62,545 nucleotides of DNA from Chloroflexota bacterium. Lineage in GTDB: Bacteria > Chloroflexota > Dehalococcoidia > Lucifugimonadales > UBA3495. The stretch spans positions 1 through 62,545 of the forward strand of contig JAQBXL010000002.1 in the NCBI GenBank assembly GCA_027624135.1, given 5' to 3'. Positions 43,388 to 53,403 of this stretch are shown here, piece by piece; within the stretch, counting starts at the first letter, position 1, and every line of letters begins with the position of its first letter. The notes under the pieces are model-generated. The model was not told where the DNA came from. It made no database searches and was given only the letters and a program-made list of their open reading frames with translations. Both the position numbers and the translations under genes were made by a program.

Positions 43388-44083
43388 CTAGATGGTGTAG
43401 GGTTTCAAGTTGCCGGTGCGGAGCCCTACGACTGGGTGGAAGTTCTTGGAATGGAGGGCCTTCAGGAATTCGGCTCCGTCTTTTATCTCGTCGGGGAACT
43501 CGGTCAGGAACTTTCCCAACCCGTGGACCGAATGGGCGTCGCTGCCCCCGGTGACCGGCAGGTCCAACAGCCCGGCGACCGCCATGGCGAAATCGTTTTC
43601 CCGGTCGATGGTGCCGCCGTTGGCAACCTCCACCGCATCGGCCAGCTTGAACAATGGGTGTCCCACCGCGTCCTCGGGCGACTCCGGAAGTGGATCGGGT
43701 ATGGACTGATAGATGAGCGCGCGGCTCCGACCGTGACCGCTGAGCACACCCCGGAATGGGTGGGCCGAGACAACGAACCCACCAACTGCTGTGGCGGCCT
43801 TGCGGAGTTCCGCAGCCTTATTGAAACCGGCTTGGTATTTATCCATGCCGAAGGCCAGCATATGACCAAAGTCAGTCTCCACTTCCATCGCGCGGATCAG
43901 CACTACGTTGTGGAGGGCGGCGAACTTCTGAAACTCGTGCCGGTCCCAGGGGCCGGAGTGTTCGGTGAGACAGAGGCCGCGCAATCCCAGTCGGTCCGCT
44001 TCCAAAATCATGTCTTCGGGGGTTAGGCTGCTATCGCTGCTGCCTTTGGTCGTGTGGATATGAAGGTCAAATAATCGGGCCAT
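43388..44083 (-). CDS. PHP-domain metal-dependent phosphoesterase
   Basis: 231 aa. FDLHIHTTKGSSDS N-terminal PHP motif. Confidence 0.8.
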   Translation of the reverse strand: MARLFDLHIHTTKGSSDSSLTPEDMILEADRLGLRGLCLTEHSGPWDRHEFQKFAALHNVVLIRAMEVETDFGHMLAFGMDKYQAGFNKAAELRKAATAVGGFVVSAHPFRGVLSGHGRSRALIYQSIPDPLPESPEDAVGHPLFKLADAVEVANGGTIDRENDFAMAVAGLLDLPVTGGSDAHSVHGLGKFLTEFPDEIKDGAEFLKALHSKNFHPVVGLRTGNLKPYTI

Positions 44084-44181
44084 TGGTGGAGGTCAACTCT
44101 CGGCGATCGGCTCATGCCCACCGCATTCGGGGTGCTTTAAGTCTAGCCAGGGCTACGGATTTCGTCAACGTATTAAAGCCG

Positions 44182-44673
44182 TTACCGCCGGCCGTAATTG
44201 GTTGCCTTGGCCAGTTCCGGAAACTGGTCTATGGGAAGGACTTCGCCGGTTTCTTCATAATGGGTGACCAACCGGCGTATGTCGTCGGGCACCGGTCTAC
44301 TGGACTCGGTCGCGGCGTCGTACCCGACGTAGACGGTCTCGATCGATGTTAGCAAACGGTCGCTGCCTTCCGGATAGATCTCCATGTTCAGGGTCAGGCT
44401 GGTGTTGCCGATCTCGGACACCCGGACGTGGAGTTCGATTATCTCGTCAACCCTGGCGGGCGCTTTGAACTCCAAAGTCGTCCTGACCACCGCGAAATCA
44501 AAGTAGCCGCTCTGGGGGATGATATAGATGGCAAAACCCAGGTTTCGGTAGTACTCCGCCTGGCCGATCTCCAGGTAGCCCAGATAGGCACCGTTGTAGA
44601 CGATGCCCTGCGCGTCGCACTCCATCCAACGGACGCGCACCGGTGTCTTGAATCTGAAGTCTGATCTGGCCAT
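44182..44673 (-). CDS. Acyl-CoA thioesterase (4HBT/YbgC hot-dog fold)
   Basis: 163 aa. VRVRWMECDAQGIVYNGAYLGY motif. Confidence 0.8.
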   Translation of the reverse strand: MARSDFRFKTPVRVRWMECDAQGIVYNGAYLGYLEIGQAEYYRNLGFAIYIIPQSGYFDFAVVRTTLEFKAPARVDEIIELHVRVSEIGNTSLTLNMEIYPEGSDRLLTSIETVYVGYDAATESSRPVPDDIRRLVTHYEETGEVLPIDQFPELAKATNYGRR

Positions 44674-44684
44674 AGGTTTTGAAT

Positions 44685-45446
44685 CTACTCCGGTTGTTTG
44701 GGGTTTTTGTACCCCAGAGACTCAAGGTACTTCAGGTCGTCAGAACTAAGATCGGCGGTCAAGAGAAGGTCAGGCCGGCGCTCCAAAGTTCGGCTCAGCG
44801 ATTGCTGCCGCCGCCACTTATCGATGTTGGCGTGGTGGCCCGACAGGAGTATCTCCGGCGTCGCCATGCCGCGATATTCCGCCGGGCGGGTATATAGAGG
44901 ATGTTGCAGCAGTCCGGAGGATATGGAGTCCTCGGCCACGTTCTCCGGGGAGCCGATGACTCCTGGAACGAGCCTGGATACGGCGTCGATCAAGGCCATG
45001 GCCGGAAGTTCTCCTCCGGTCAGGACGAAATCGCCCAGGCTGATCTCTCGGGTCGCCAAGTATTCGGGGACTCTATTGTCGATGCCCGCGTAATGGGCGC
45101 AGATCATGGCCAAGGCCGGCGCTTGGGCCAACTCCTCGACCATGCGTTGAGTCAGCGTCTCGCCTTGGGGAGTGAACAGGATTATCGGGATAGCGTCCCG
45201 CTCTGATTCGCTATAGCCGGACAGGGCCGCTTCGGTGGCTTCAAAGACTGGCTCGGGCTTCAGGACCATGCCGTGACCGCCGCCGAACTGGTAGTCGTCG
45301 GCGGTGCGATGAGCGTCGTGGGTATAGTCTCGGATGTCGGTGACATCGATGGAGACCAGGCCGCCCTTCAAGGCCAGGGCCAGCATGCTATATTCCAGCG
45401 GATCGCGAAAGGCATCCGGGAACAGAGTCAGGACATGAAATCGCAT
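44685..45446 (-). CDS. trmD: tRNA (guanine37-N1)-methyltransferase
   Basis: 253 aa. MRFHVLTLFPDAF..., SLGDFVLTGGELPAMALIDA. Confidence 0.95.
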   Translation of the reverse strand: MRFHVLTLFPDAFRDPLEYSMLALALKGGLVSIDVTDIRDYTHDAHRTADDYQFGGGHGMVLKPEPVFEATEAALSGYSESERDAIPIILFTPQGETLTQRMVEELAQAPALAMICAHYAGIDNRVPEYLATREISLGDFVLTGGELPAMALIDAVSRLVPGVIGSPENVAEDSISSGLLQHPLYTRPAEYRGMATPEILLSGHHANIDKWRRQQSLSRTLERRPDLLLTADLSSDDLKYLESLGYKNPKQPE

Positions 45447-45530
45447 CGGTCAATGATACAAGAAAATCAGCCAAGACCCCGTAAGGTCTTGGCTGACAGC
45501 GATGCACTTTTGCCGATTCCCCTTGAATGA

Positions 45531-46787
45531 CTAATCACCAACGGGCTGAGGTTCACCTACGGGCAGGTTGTCGATGAATGCGACGCCACCTTTCATCACC
45601 ATCATGATTCGGTCTTTGTTCCTTATGACACCGATGTCCGTTAGCGGGTCGCCGTCCACCACCAGGAAGTCGGCGTATCTGCCGGCTTGGACGGTGCCGA
45701 TGTTCTTTTCCTCGCCGATGCACTCAGCGGCCCAACCGGTGGCGGACTGGATGGCCTGCATGTTCGTCAGACCCCTCTCGACCATCAGTTCAATCTCGCG
45801 GGCGTTATCGCCATGGACGAAGCCCCCGGCGTCGGTCCCTGAGACCACTTTCACTCCGGCGCTCAAGGCTAGGTGAGTGCTTTCCTGGTGGACCTGCATC
45901 AGTTTCTTGGAACGTTCTTGAATGTGGGGAGCGCTGACGGCGGAATGGAACTCGTAGACCAGGAACGTTGGGGTGAAAAAGGTGTTCTTGTCCGCCATCA
46001 TCTTGAGCAGGTCGGGGTCGTCGGCTAGATAGCAACCGTGTTCCACCGAGCCAACACCGGCTTCGATGCACATGCGCAGCCCAGGGCCGCCGACCGCGTG
46101 GCACATGGTTAACTTCTCTTGGGAACGAGCTTCATCGACCAACGCCTTCACCTCGTCGGATCCGAAGGCGATGTCCATGGGGCCGTGGCCCTGGCGTGAA
46201 CTGGCCCCGCCGGTGGTGGCGAACTTGATCACATCAGCGCCCACCCGCACTATCTCTCGCACTACGGCGCGGACAGCCTCCGGGCCGTTGGCCACCCCGG
46301 ATGGAGACATCGGGTCGTGGCCGAACGGGCTCCTATGGCCGGAGGGCGCTACCCGGTCGCCGATTCCACCCGTGGGCGAGATGATATTGACGGCGGTCAA
46401 CAGCCTCGGACCGTTGATCAAACCCTGTTCGACGGCATACTTGAATCCAGCGTCCAGGCCTCCCGCATCACGGATGCAGGTGTAGCCGGCGGCCAGGGAT
46501 TCTTCGATGGCAATTGCGGTCCTGAGGTGCCTCATCGAGGTCGGCTCCTCGATCTCCCACCGGCTGACCATCGTGTAATTCTTGCTGGAAAGGTGGTCGT
46601 GGGTGTCGATCAAACCAGGAAGCAGGGTAAATCCGCTCAGATCGATCTCCTCCGTGCCGGGTGGCAGAGTGACCGCCGCCCGTGGGCCCACCTCCCGGAT
46701 CCGTTCTCCGTCGATCAAGATGGTCGAGTCTTTGAGCAACGGGCTTCCGGTGCCGTCGATCAGGTCGGCGCCTATTAACGCTTTCAT
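45531..46787 (-). CDS. Amidohydrolase-superfamily metal-dependent hydrolase
   Basis: 418 aa. GLIDTHDHL HxH metal motif. Confidence 0.8.
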   Translation of the reverse strand: MKALIGADLIDGTGSPLLKDSTILIDGERIREVGPRAAVTLPPGTEEIDLSGFTLLPGLIDTHDHLSSKNYTMVSRWEIEEPTSMRHLRTAIAIEESLAAGYTCIRDAGGLDAGFKYAVEQGLINGPRLLTAVNIISPTGGIGDRVAPSGHRSPFGHDPMSPSGVANGPEAVRAVVREIVRVGADVIKFATTGGASSRQGHGPMDIAFGSDEVKALVDEARSQEKLTMCHAVGGPGLRMCIEAGVGSVEHGCYLADDPDLLKMMADKNTFFTPTFLVYEFHSAVSAPHIQERSKKLMQVHQESTHLALSAGVKVVSGTDAGGFVHGDNAREIELMVERGLTNMQAIQSATGWAAECIGEEKNIGTVQAGRYADFLVVDGDPLTDIGVIRNKDRIMMVMKGGVAFIDNLPVGEPQPVGD

Positions 46788-46970
46788 GGCGTACCTCGTT
46801 AGTGTCTTATATCGGTGTCTGATATTGATGGGGTGTTTCCGCAGGTTGGGCAGATGCTAGTTAAGGCGTGGTCGGGTGTCAAGAGGACTGATGGCTCGAC
46901 TGGTGGCCCGCCGTTGAGGGTGCTACACTCCGAGCCGAGAATAGACTGGAGCGTGTCCGGAAAGAACACG

Positions 46971-47552
46971 ATGGACTATGCTGAAATAGCCCCGATCATG
47001 GGCAGGCTCTGGTCTCCCATCGCGGCGGTGACCAGTCGCTGGCAGGGCCGGGACAACGTGCAGATCGCGGTGGCCATCGCCGCGGCGTCCATCGTTCCCG
47101 ACCGCCCCAGGGTCGCCGTTCAGCTATACAAGACCAACCTCAGTCACGATATGGTCCTGGCTGCGGGCGCCTTTGCGTTGAACTTCCTTCGGCCGGATCA
47201 GCTGGACTTGATCGGCGATTTTGGTCTGGTGTCGGGCCGGGACCGGGATAAACTGGCGGATGTAGGCAAGACCGGCGGAGAGTTGGGCAGCCCGTTGCTC
47301 ACCGAATGTTTCGGTTATCTTGATTGCAAGGTTGTTAATGCCATGGACGGCGGCGACATGACCTGTTTCCTGGCTGACGTGATCGCCGGCAAGACCCTGG
47401 CCGAGGGAGAACCATTGCGGTGGCGGGATGCCCGCAGTCAACTGCCCCCCGAATTGATGGCCCGCTGGGAACAGAAACAGTCGTCAGAGATAGAGATATC
47501 CAGGGCAACCATGGGCAACATCAACCATACCTTCTGGCGACCGAATAAATAA
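46971..47552 (+). CDS. Flavin reductase-like (FMN-binding split-barrel) protein
   Basis: About 193 aa from ATG 46971. The upstream part of the ORF-track call looks non-coding. Confidence 0.55.
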   Translation: MDYAEIAPIMGRLWSPIAAVTSRWQGRDNVQIAVAIAAASIVPDRPRVAVQLYKTNLSHDMVLAAGAFALNFLRPDQLDLIGDFGLVSGRDRDKLADVGKTGGELGSPLLTECFGYLDCKVVNAMDGGDMTCFLADVIAGKTLAEGEPLRWRDARSQLPPELMARWEQKQSSEIEISRATMGNINHTFWRPNK

Positions 47553-47625
47553 AAGCAAAGTCCCTTCTCCACCCTCCTTCCGCGGAAGGAGGGAAGGTTA
47601 GGATGGGGGCACCCCAACAAACAAC

Positions 47626-48765
47626 ATGGATGAACTCCGCCCACATATAGAGAAGATTCACGCCACTCCCCACAAGGCGGTGGTGGCCGTTTCTGGGGCC
47701 GGCACCCAGGCGGTGGCTTGGCTATTGGGAGTGGCTGGGGCATCCCGGACCATACTCGAGGCGCTGGTGCCCTATGGCCAGGAATCCATGATCTCCTTTT
47801 TGGGCTTCGAGCCGGAACAATCGGCGTCGGCTCAGACAGCCAGGGACATGGCCAAAGCCGCCTTTCGTAAGGCCAAGTCTCAACTTGAAGACGACTCGCC
47901 CCCGGTGGGGTTGGCCTGCGCCGCCACCATCGCGACCGACCGGCCCAAGAGGGGTGAACATCGGGCGTTCGTTTCCGCTTGGGACCAAACCTCCAATACT
48001 CTGTACTCGCTGCATCTGCACAAAGGTCTTCGGGACCGGGCCGGCGAAGAGGAAGTGGTCAGCCGTCTCTTGATTCACGCCCTGATGCAGCTTTCAGGCC
48101 TGGAATCTGATGTGGAGTTGGGGCTGACCGATGGCGATTCCCTTGAGGTAGACCGGACGAATCACCCATCCCCGTTGGCTCAACTGCTCTCCGGAGAAGC
48201 AGCCTGGGTGGTCGCCCGCGACAGCCAGACACTGGAAGTTGAGGGCGTAGCCCCATCGGCTTTGCTTCCCGGATCATTCAGTCCGGTGCATCAGGGTCAC
48301 CGGGGTTTGGCGCTAGCGGCGGAAAGGATATTAGAGACCCAAGTTGGCTTCGAACTGTCTGTCACCAACGTGGACAAACCGGATCTGGAAGAATCAGAGA
48401 TACTAAAAAGGCTGGCCCAGTTCACCGAAGGCGAGACCGTGGTGCTGACCAGAGCTGAGACTTTCTACAAGAAAGCGCGGCTCTTTCCGGGCCGGACATT
48501 TGTGGTTGGCTGGGACACGGCAGTCAGGCTGGTAGCCCCTCGCTACTATGACGACGACAGCGACACGATGCTGGGCGCGCTGGCGGAGATGTGGACCGGT
48601 GGGACCAGATTCCTGGTGGCCGGAAGACAAGACCAGGGGACGTTCAGGACTCTAAGGGACGTAGCGGTCCCACAGGGATTTGAGCCGCTGTTCACCGACC
48701 TGCCTGAAAGCAAATTTCGAGAGGACGTCTCATCGACCCAGATCAGGGCCGCCGAGGGTAACTGA
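47626..48765 (+). CDS. Two-domain protein: CinA/PncC-like N-terminal domain plus a cytidylyltransferase-fold (NMNAT-like) nucleotidyltransferase domain
   Basis: 379 aa. SGAGTQAVAWLLGVAGASRTILEALVPY (CinA-C-like) and GSFSPVHQGH (HxGH nucleotidyltransferase motif). Confidence 0.55.
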   Translation: MDELRPHIEKIHATPHKAVVAVSGAGTQAVAWLLGVAGASRTILEALVPYGQESMISFLGFEPEQSASAQTARDMAKAAFRKAKSQLEDDSPPVGLACAATIATDRPKRGEHRAFVSAWDQTSNTLYSLHLHKGLRDRAGEEEVVSRLLIHALMQLSGLESDVELGLTDGDSLEVDRTNHPSPLAQLLSGEAAWVVARDSQTLEVEGVAPSALLPGSFSPVHQGHRGLALAAERILETQVGFELSVTNVDKPDLEESEILKRLAQFTEGETVVLTRAETFYKKARLFPGRTFVVGWDTAVRLVAPRYYDDDSDTMLGALAEMWTGGTRFLVAGRQDQGTFRTLRDVAVPQGFEPLFTDLPESKFREDVSSTQIRAAEGN

Positions 48766-48902
48766 TTTCCGCTTTGTCAGGCGTCGAATTCCGTTGACAC
48801 CCAACAGAGCGAGATGTATCATCTTGAGCACGAAACGAGTCTGATTTAGCTATTAGGCTTACAGTGCCCGCGTGCCGTAGCCTTATGTTTCTTCCCACGA
48901 TA

Positions 48903-49304
48903 ATGGTCTCAGCATTTAACCCCGAAGTCTTCACGCAGAACTGGACCGCGGTAGCTATTTCCGCGGTTGTCGCCACTATGGCTATCGGTGGCATGTTCAG
49001 CGCTTCGCGCATGCTCTCGTCCAGGCGTCACTCGGACGCTAAACTGACCACCTACGAATGCGGCATCCCTCCTACTCCCTACGCCTGGTCCAACATCAAC
49101 GTCCGGTTCTATATCTTTGCCATACTGTTCTTGATCTTTGATGTTGAAGCGGTATTCCTGTTTCCCTGGGCAGTAATCTTCATGCAGGAAAAGATAAACG
49201 AGGCCAATTCAATGCCCTTCTACGCCATGATGATGTTCCTGGGAGTGCTGGGCTTCGCCATCGTTTACGCCTGGAAAAAGGGAGTCCTCGAATGGCAGAG
49301 ATAA
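48903..49304 (+). CDS. nuoA: NADH-quinone oxidoreductase subunit A
   Basis: YECGIPP...[23 protein letters not shown]. The start is ambiguous (GTG 48864, ATG 48885 or ATG 48903). Confidence 0.9.
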   Translation: MVSAFNPEVFTQNWTAVAISAVVATMAIGGMFSASRMLSSRRHSDAKLTTYECGIPPTPYAWSNINVRFYIFAILFLIFDVEAVFLFPWAVIFMQEKINEANSMPFYAMMMFLGVLGFAIVYAWKKGVLEWQR

Positions 49305-49825
49305 TCATCGGACCAGAGGGATCCGGAAACCAGCCCGGCCCCAGTTTGTACGATCAAAACATCGCTGGGAAGATGCCTGGCATCATCACCACGTCCACCG
49401 ACCAACTCTTCGCGATGGCCCGCAAGTCCTCCCTCTGGACACTCTCCTTCGGGTTGGCCTGCTGCGCCATCGAGATGATGTCCACCTACATGGCCCACTA
49501 CGACTTCGACCGCTTCGGAGTTGTCACTTGGCCTTCGCCACGGCAGGCGGATGTCATGATTGTGTCGGGCACGGTGGTCAAGAAGATGGCCGACCCCATC
49601 CGGCTGCTCTACGAACAGATGCCCGAGCCCAAGTGGGTGATCGCCATGGGTAGTTGCGCCACCAACGGAGGGCCTTACTACCGGTCCTATTCAGTCGTCA
49701 TGGGTGTCGACCACATCATTCCAGTTGACGTCTACGTTCCCGGCTGTCCGCCCCGCCCTGAGGCGCTGCTTTATGGGATCCTGAAGCTGCAAGAAAAGAT
49801 CATGCGGGACGCCGGGAAAAAATAG
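49292..49825 (+). CDS. nuoB: NADH-quinone oxidoreductase subunit B
   Basis: [15 protein letters not shown] and GCPPRPE N2-cluster motifs. Confidence 0.96.
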   Translation: MAEIIIGPEGSGNQPGPSLYDQNIAGKMPGIITTSTDQLFAMARKSSLWTLSFGLACCAIEMMSTYMAHYDFDRFGVVTWPSPRQADVMIVSGTVVKKMADPIRLLYEQMPEPKWVIAMGSCATNGGPYYRSYSVVMGVDHIIPVDVYVPGCPPRPEALLYGILKLQEKIMRDAGKK

Positions 49826-50436
49826 TGGCTGCAGACGAAGAGAACGTCGAGGAAACCCAGACCGAAGAAAGCACGGCGTCACCCAAAAAGCCTGCTGCGG
49901 CGCCGGCTCCGGCTGGCCATGGCACTGCTGGCCACGGGGCGGAACAGCCCCCTGCCGACCCACTGGCGGCTCTGACTGCTGCGGGGAGGGAGTTGCTGGA
50001 CGTATATCTGGAGGTTCTTGATGAATTTGATCCCCAGGCAGGCGCTTTGGATGACATCCCCCAGGTCAGCATCGAGAAGCAGCACGTTCTTAGAGCGTGC
50101 CAATTGATCAAAGAAGACCCACGCATCGCAGCTAAGATGCTACTCTGCTTGTCCTGCGTCGACTACACTGAATACTTCCAGGTGGTCTACATTCTCCAGT
50201 CGCTGGAGCCGGAGCGCACGTTGGCCCTGCGGATCGACGTCCCCTACAGCGATGCGAGCGTCCCATCGGTGACGCCGGTGTGGCGGGCGGCGAATTGGTA
50301 TGAGAGAGAAGCCCATGACCTGTTCGGAGTGGACTTCGACGGCCACTCGGACCTGACACCCCTCATTCTCTACGAAGGGTTTGAGGGATTCCCCGGCCGG
50401 AGAGAATTTCCGTTTAACGAGTATCAGGAGTTTTAG
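49825..50436 (+). CDS. nuoC: NADH-quinone oxidoreductase subunit C (with an Ala/Pro-rich N-terminal extension)
   Basis: WRAANWYEREAHDLFGVDFDGH signature. Confidence 0.9.
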   Translation: MAADEENVEETQTEESTASPKKPAAAPAPAGHGTAGHGAEQPPADPLAALTAAGRELLDVYLEVLDEFDPQAGALDDIPQVSIEKQHVLRACQLIKEDPRIAAKMLLCLSCVDYTEYFQVVYILQSLEPERTLALRIDVPYSDASVPSVTPVWRAANWYEREAHDLFGVDFDGHSDLTPLILYEGFEGFPGRREFPFNEYQEF

Positions 50437-50439
50437 AGA

Positions 50440-50691
50440 TTGATGGATGCTTTGGTCCTAACGGCAAAGATTAATCATGATGAGGCCCGGTACGTGGCCC
50501 GAATCGAGGATTTGGACTTGGAAGGTGAAGGCGAGTCATTGGAAGCCGCTCAAGACGAATTGATTCAGGTGATGCGGGCGTGGATCGAGACCCATGACGG
50601 AACCGATACATTGGCAGAGGCTCTTGCCGCTGCCGGGTACCTGGGTGTTGATGAGGAGACCGAGCTTCAGCTGGAGTTTGCCGAGGCTTAA
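50440..50691 (+). CDS. Small HicB/UPF0150-like protein inserted in the nuo operon
   Basis: 83 aa. ...RYVARIEDLDLEGEGESLEAAQDELIQVMRAWIE fits the HicB-like pattern (Y.A....L...G.G.T.EEA...L.....WIE). Confidence 0.45.
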   Translation: MMDALVLTAKINHDEARYVARIEDLDLEGEGESLEAAQDELIQVMRAWIETHDGTDTLAEALAAAGYLGVDEETELQLEFAEA

Positions 50692-50714
50692 ACCAGGCTA
50701 AACAGTGAGTAACC

Positions 50715-51101
50715 TTGCCCAAGAATCTCAGATCCGGGGCTAAAAAATTTCGATTCGGGAAGAAGTCCTTTGACCGCATCGTCTATCAGATCGAAGAATC
50801 TGGAGACGGGACCGATCATCAGGCGGTATGTCCCGAATTGGTGATTACCGGATTCGGTGACACCGCCGAGGAAGCCAAAGATGCGCTGCGCCAGCAGGTA
50901 TCCGAATACCTGCAAGATTGTGAAAAATTAGGAGTGCTGGACGAAACTCTGATCGAAGCGGGCTTCTACTTCAATGACGAAGTCTGGATGAGTAACGAGG
51001 TTGTGCCGGCTCCGGATCCCAAGATACGATTCATCGGCCGACCGTCCGACACTTCCGCCGACACTCTCGCCGAGACTTCTGGCGATATCACGCCTGAATA
51101 A
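50715..51101 (+). CDS. Second small HicB/UPF0150-like protein inserted in the nuo operon
   Basis: 128 aa with a TTG start. ...HQAVCPELVITGFGDTAEEAKDALRQQVSEYLQ fits the HicB-like pattern. Confidence 0.45.
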   Translation: MPKNLRSGAKKFRFGKKSFDRIVYQIEESGDGTDHQAVCPELVITGFGDTAEEAKDALRQQVSEYLQDCEKLGVLDETLIEAGFYFNDEVWMSNEVVPAPDPKIRFIGRPSDTSADTLAETSGDITPE

Positions 51102-51103
51102 AT

Positions 51104-52234
51104 ATGACGCAGATTTCCGAGAATAGAACGCCCGACGCCGAACCCGTCGAGATGCTGCTCAACATGGGGCCGCAGCATCCCTCGACTCATGGCGTTTTCC
51201 GCATGGTGCTGTGGGTTGACGGCGAGAAAGTCGTGGACGTCGAACCTCACATAGGCTACCTCCACCGGGGCTCGGAGAAGCTATGCGAGGGTGAGCAATA
51301 TCATCAGGTCATCACCCTGTTCGACCGCTTGGACTACCTCGCCAATTTCAACAACGAACAGGTCTATTGCCGCGCAGTGGAAAAGCTCATGGGGTTGGAG
51401 GTATCCGAACGAAGCGAGTACATCCGGGTCATCCTGTGCGAACTGAATCGGATCGCCAGTCACATGCTTTTCCTAGCTACGATGGGACTGGATGCCGGGG
51501 CCATGACTCCATCGATGATCTGCTTCCGGGGGAGAGAGCGCATCCAGGCGCTGTTCGAGTCCGTCTCCGGCGCTCGCATGATGCACAACTATTTCCGCAT
51601 CGGTGGCCTGAAAGAGGACGTGCCCGACGACTTCGTTCCCCAGGTTAGGGATCTATTGAAGCTGATCAAAGAGGATACCGATGAGTCGGATCGGCTACTC
51701 AGTTTCAACGAGATATTCCTGGCCAGGCTGAAGAACATCGCGGCGATCTCAGCAGAGGACGCCATCGATTTCGGACTGACCGGACCGTGCCTTCGGGCGT
51801 CGGGCGTGGATTACGACGTTCGGAAGGCGGCGCCTTATTCGGTCTACGACCGTTTCGACTTCGATATTCCTGTGGGATTGGATGGGGATTGCTGGGACCG
51901 GTATTACCTGAGGGTTCAAGAGATCTATCAGTCGGTGAGAATAGTCGAACAGGCATTGGATCAACTGCCCGATGGCGAGGTTGCTTCTTCTCTGGGACGC
52001 CGCCTGATCCGCCCACCCGCTGGCGAGGTCTACGTACGGGCAGAGAACCCCAGAGGCGAGATCGGCGTCTACCTGATCAGCGACGGCTCAGACCGGCCCT
52101 ACCGGATCAAGGTTCGGCCTCCATCGTTCTGTAATCTGTCGGCGTTGAAGCTCATGATGAAAGATTGCTGGATCGCCGACGCCGTGGTGATCTTGGGCGC
52201 GCTGGACATCGTTCTGGGTGAGGTGGACCGCTGA
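51104..52234 (+). CDS. nuoD: NADH-quinone oxidoreductase subunit D
   Basis: 376 aa. LNMGPQHPSTHGVFR and HIGYLHRG motifs. Confidence 0.96.
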   Translation: MTQISENRTPDAEPVEMLLNMGPQHPSTHGVFRMVLWVDGEKVVDVEPHIGYLHRGSEKLCEGEQYHQVITLFDRLDYLANFNNEQVYCRAVEKLMGLEVSERSEYIRVILCELNRIASHMLFLATMGLDAGAMTPSMICFRGRERIQALFESVSGARMMHNYFRIGGLKEDVPDDFVPQVRDLLKLIKEDTDESDRLLSFNEIFLARLKNIAAISAEDAIDFGLTGPCLRASGVDYDVRKAAPYSVYDRFDFDIPVGLDGDCWDRYYLRVQEIYQSVRIVEQALDQLPDGEVASSLGRRLIRPPAGEVYVRAENPRGEIGVYLISDGSDRPYRIKVRPPSFCNLSALKLMMKDCWIADAVVILGALDIVLGEVDR

Positions 52235-53400
52235 TGCCAGCCACCATTCTGCTCACCGTCGGCTTGGCCGACTTCATCTGGATCGTGGTCGGGCTGTTCA
52301 TAATGTTCACTGTCCTGTCCGTGGTGGTGCTGTCGTTGACTCTGTTGGAGCGGAAACTCCTGGCGCGGCTCCAATTGCGCTTGGGGCCCACGCGCACCGG
52401 ACCCATGGGAGTGATGCAGCCGATCGCCGACGCCTTCAAGCTGATCCTCAAAGAGGACATCATCCCGGCCTCGTCAGAGAAAGCCATCTTCTGGGTCGCT
52501 CCCATAATCGTCGTGGTCTCCGCATTCATGATATGGGTGACCATTCCAGGCACCCAGAACGCCGTGATACAGAACCTCGATCTGGGTCTTTTCTACATCA
52601 TTGCCTTTTCTGTGATTGGTATCCTGGGTTTGGTTTTGGCGGGCTGGGGCTCGGCCAACAAGTACGGTACCCTTGGCGGATTGCGGGCGGCGGCTCAATT
52701 GATCAGCTACGAGATACCCATAATTATGGTGGCCATCTCGGTAGGCATGCTCGCCCAATCGCTGGACATGAGAGAGATTGTCAACGCGCAGGGCAGCTAT
52801 ATCTTCTTCTTGGTGCAACCCCTGGGATTGGTCCTGTTCTTCATCGCCGGATTGGCCGAGGTTGGCCGGACCCCCTTCGATATCTACTTCGCCGAATCAG
52901 AGATCGTCGGCGGGCCCTTCGTCGAGTACAGCGGCGCCCACTGGTCCGTCTTTTTCCTGGCCGAATATATCAACACCTTCGCCATCGCAGCTCTAACTGT
53001 GATACTTTTCTTCGGCGGCTGGTCTGGCCCAGGATTGTCGGGTGATTGGGGAATCATCTGGTTCCTGCCAAAGGTCTACTTGGTCATCATGGTAATCTTC
53101 TGGATACGCGGAACCTTCCCAAGGCTGCGCATCGACCAACTGATGGCATTCGCCTGGAAGGTCATGGTGCCGATGTCTTTCTTGTCAGTTGTGATGACCG
53201 CCGTGTATCTGTTCTACGGCTGGCCGGCGTGGTCCCTCACGCTGATGTCGTCAGCCGGTCTGTTCGTGGTCGGATACCTGATCTACAAGCGAATGACCGG
53301 CCCAACTAAGCTTGTGTCCCAGACACGGATCAGGCAGCAAGCCTTGCAGGATCAGCGCCGCGCCGCGAGCCAGGCCCCGGCTGAGGCCGGAGGAGATTAA
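52234..53400 (+). CDS. nuoH: NADH-quinone oxidoreductase subunit H
   Basis: 388 aa. LERKLLARLQLRLGP and GRTPFDI..AESE motifs. Confidence 0.95.
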   Translation: MPATILLTVGLADFIWIVVGLFIMFTVLSVVVLSLTLLERKLLARLQLRLGPTRTGPMGVMQPIADAFKLILKEDIIPASSEKAIFWVAPIIVVVSAFMIWVTIPGTQNAVIQNLDLGLFYIIAFSVIGILGLVLAGWGSANKYGTLGGLRAAAQLISYEIPIIMVAISVGMLAQSLDMREIVNAQGSYIFFLVQPLGLVLFFIAGLAEVGRTPFDIYFAESEIVGGPFVEYSGAHWSVFFLAEYINTFAIAALTVILFFGGWSGPGLSGDWGIIWFLPKVYLVIMVIFWIRGTFPRLRIDQLMAFAWKVMVPMSFLSVVMTAVYLFYGWPAWSLTLMSSAGLFVVGYLIYKRMTGPTKLVSQTRIRQQALQDQRRAASQAPAEAGGD

Positions 53401-53403
53401 GGG

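Noticed and set aside
50440-51101. The two HicB-like ORFs as a toxin-antitoxin module.
   Set aside because: No HicA-like toxin ORF (small, basic, dsRBD-like) is adjacent on either strand. I report them as orphan HicB-like genes instead.
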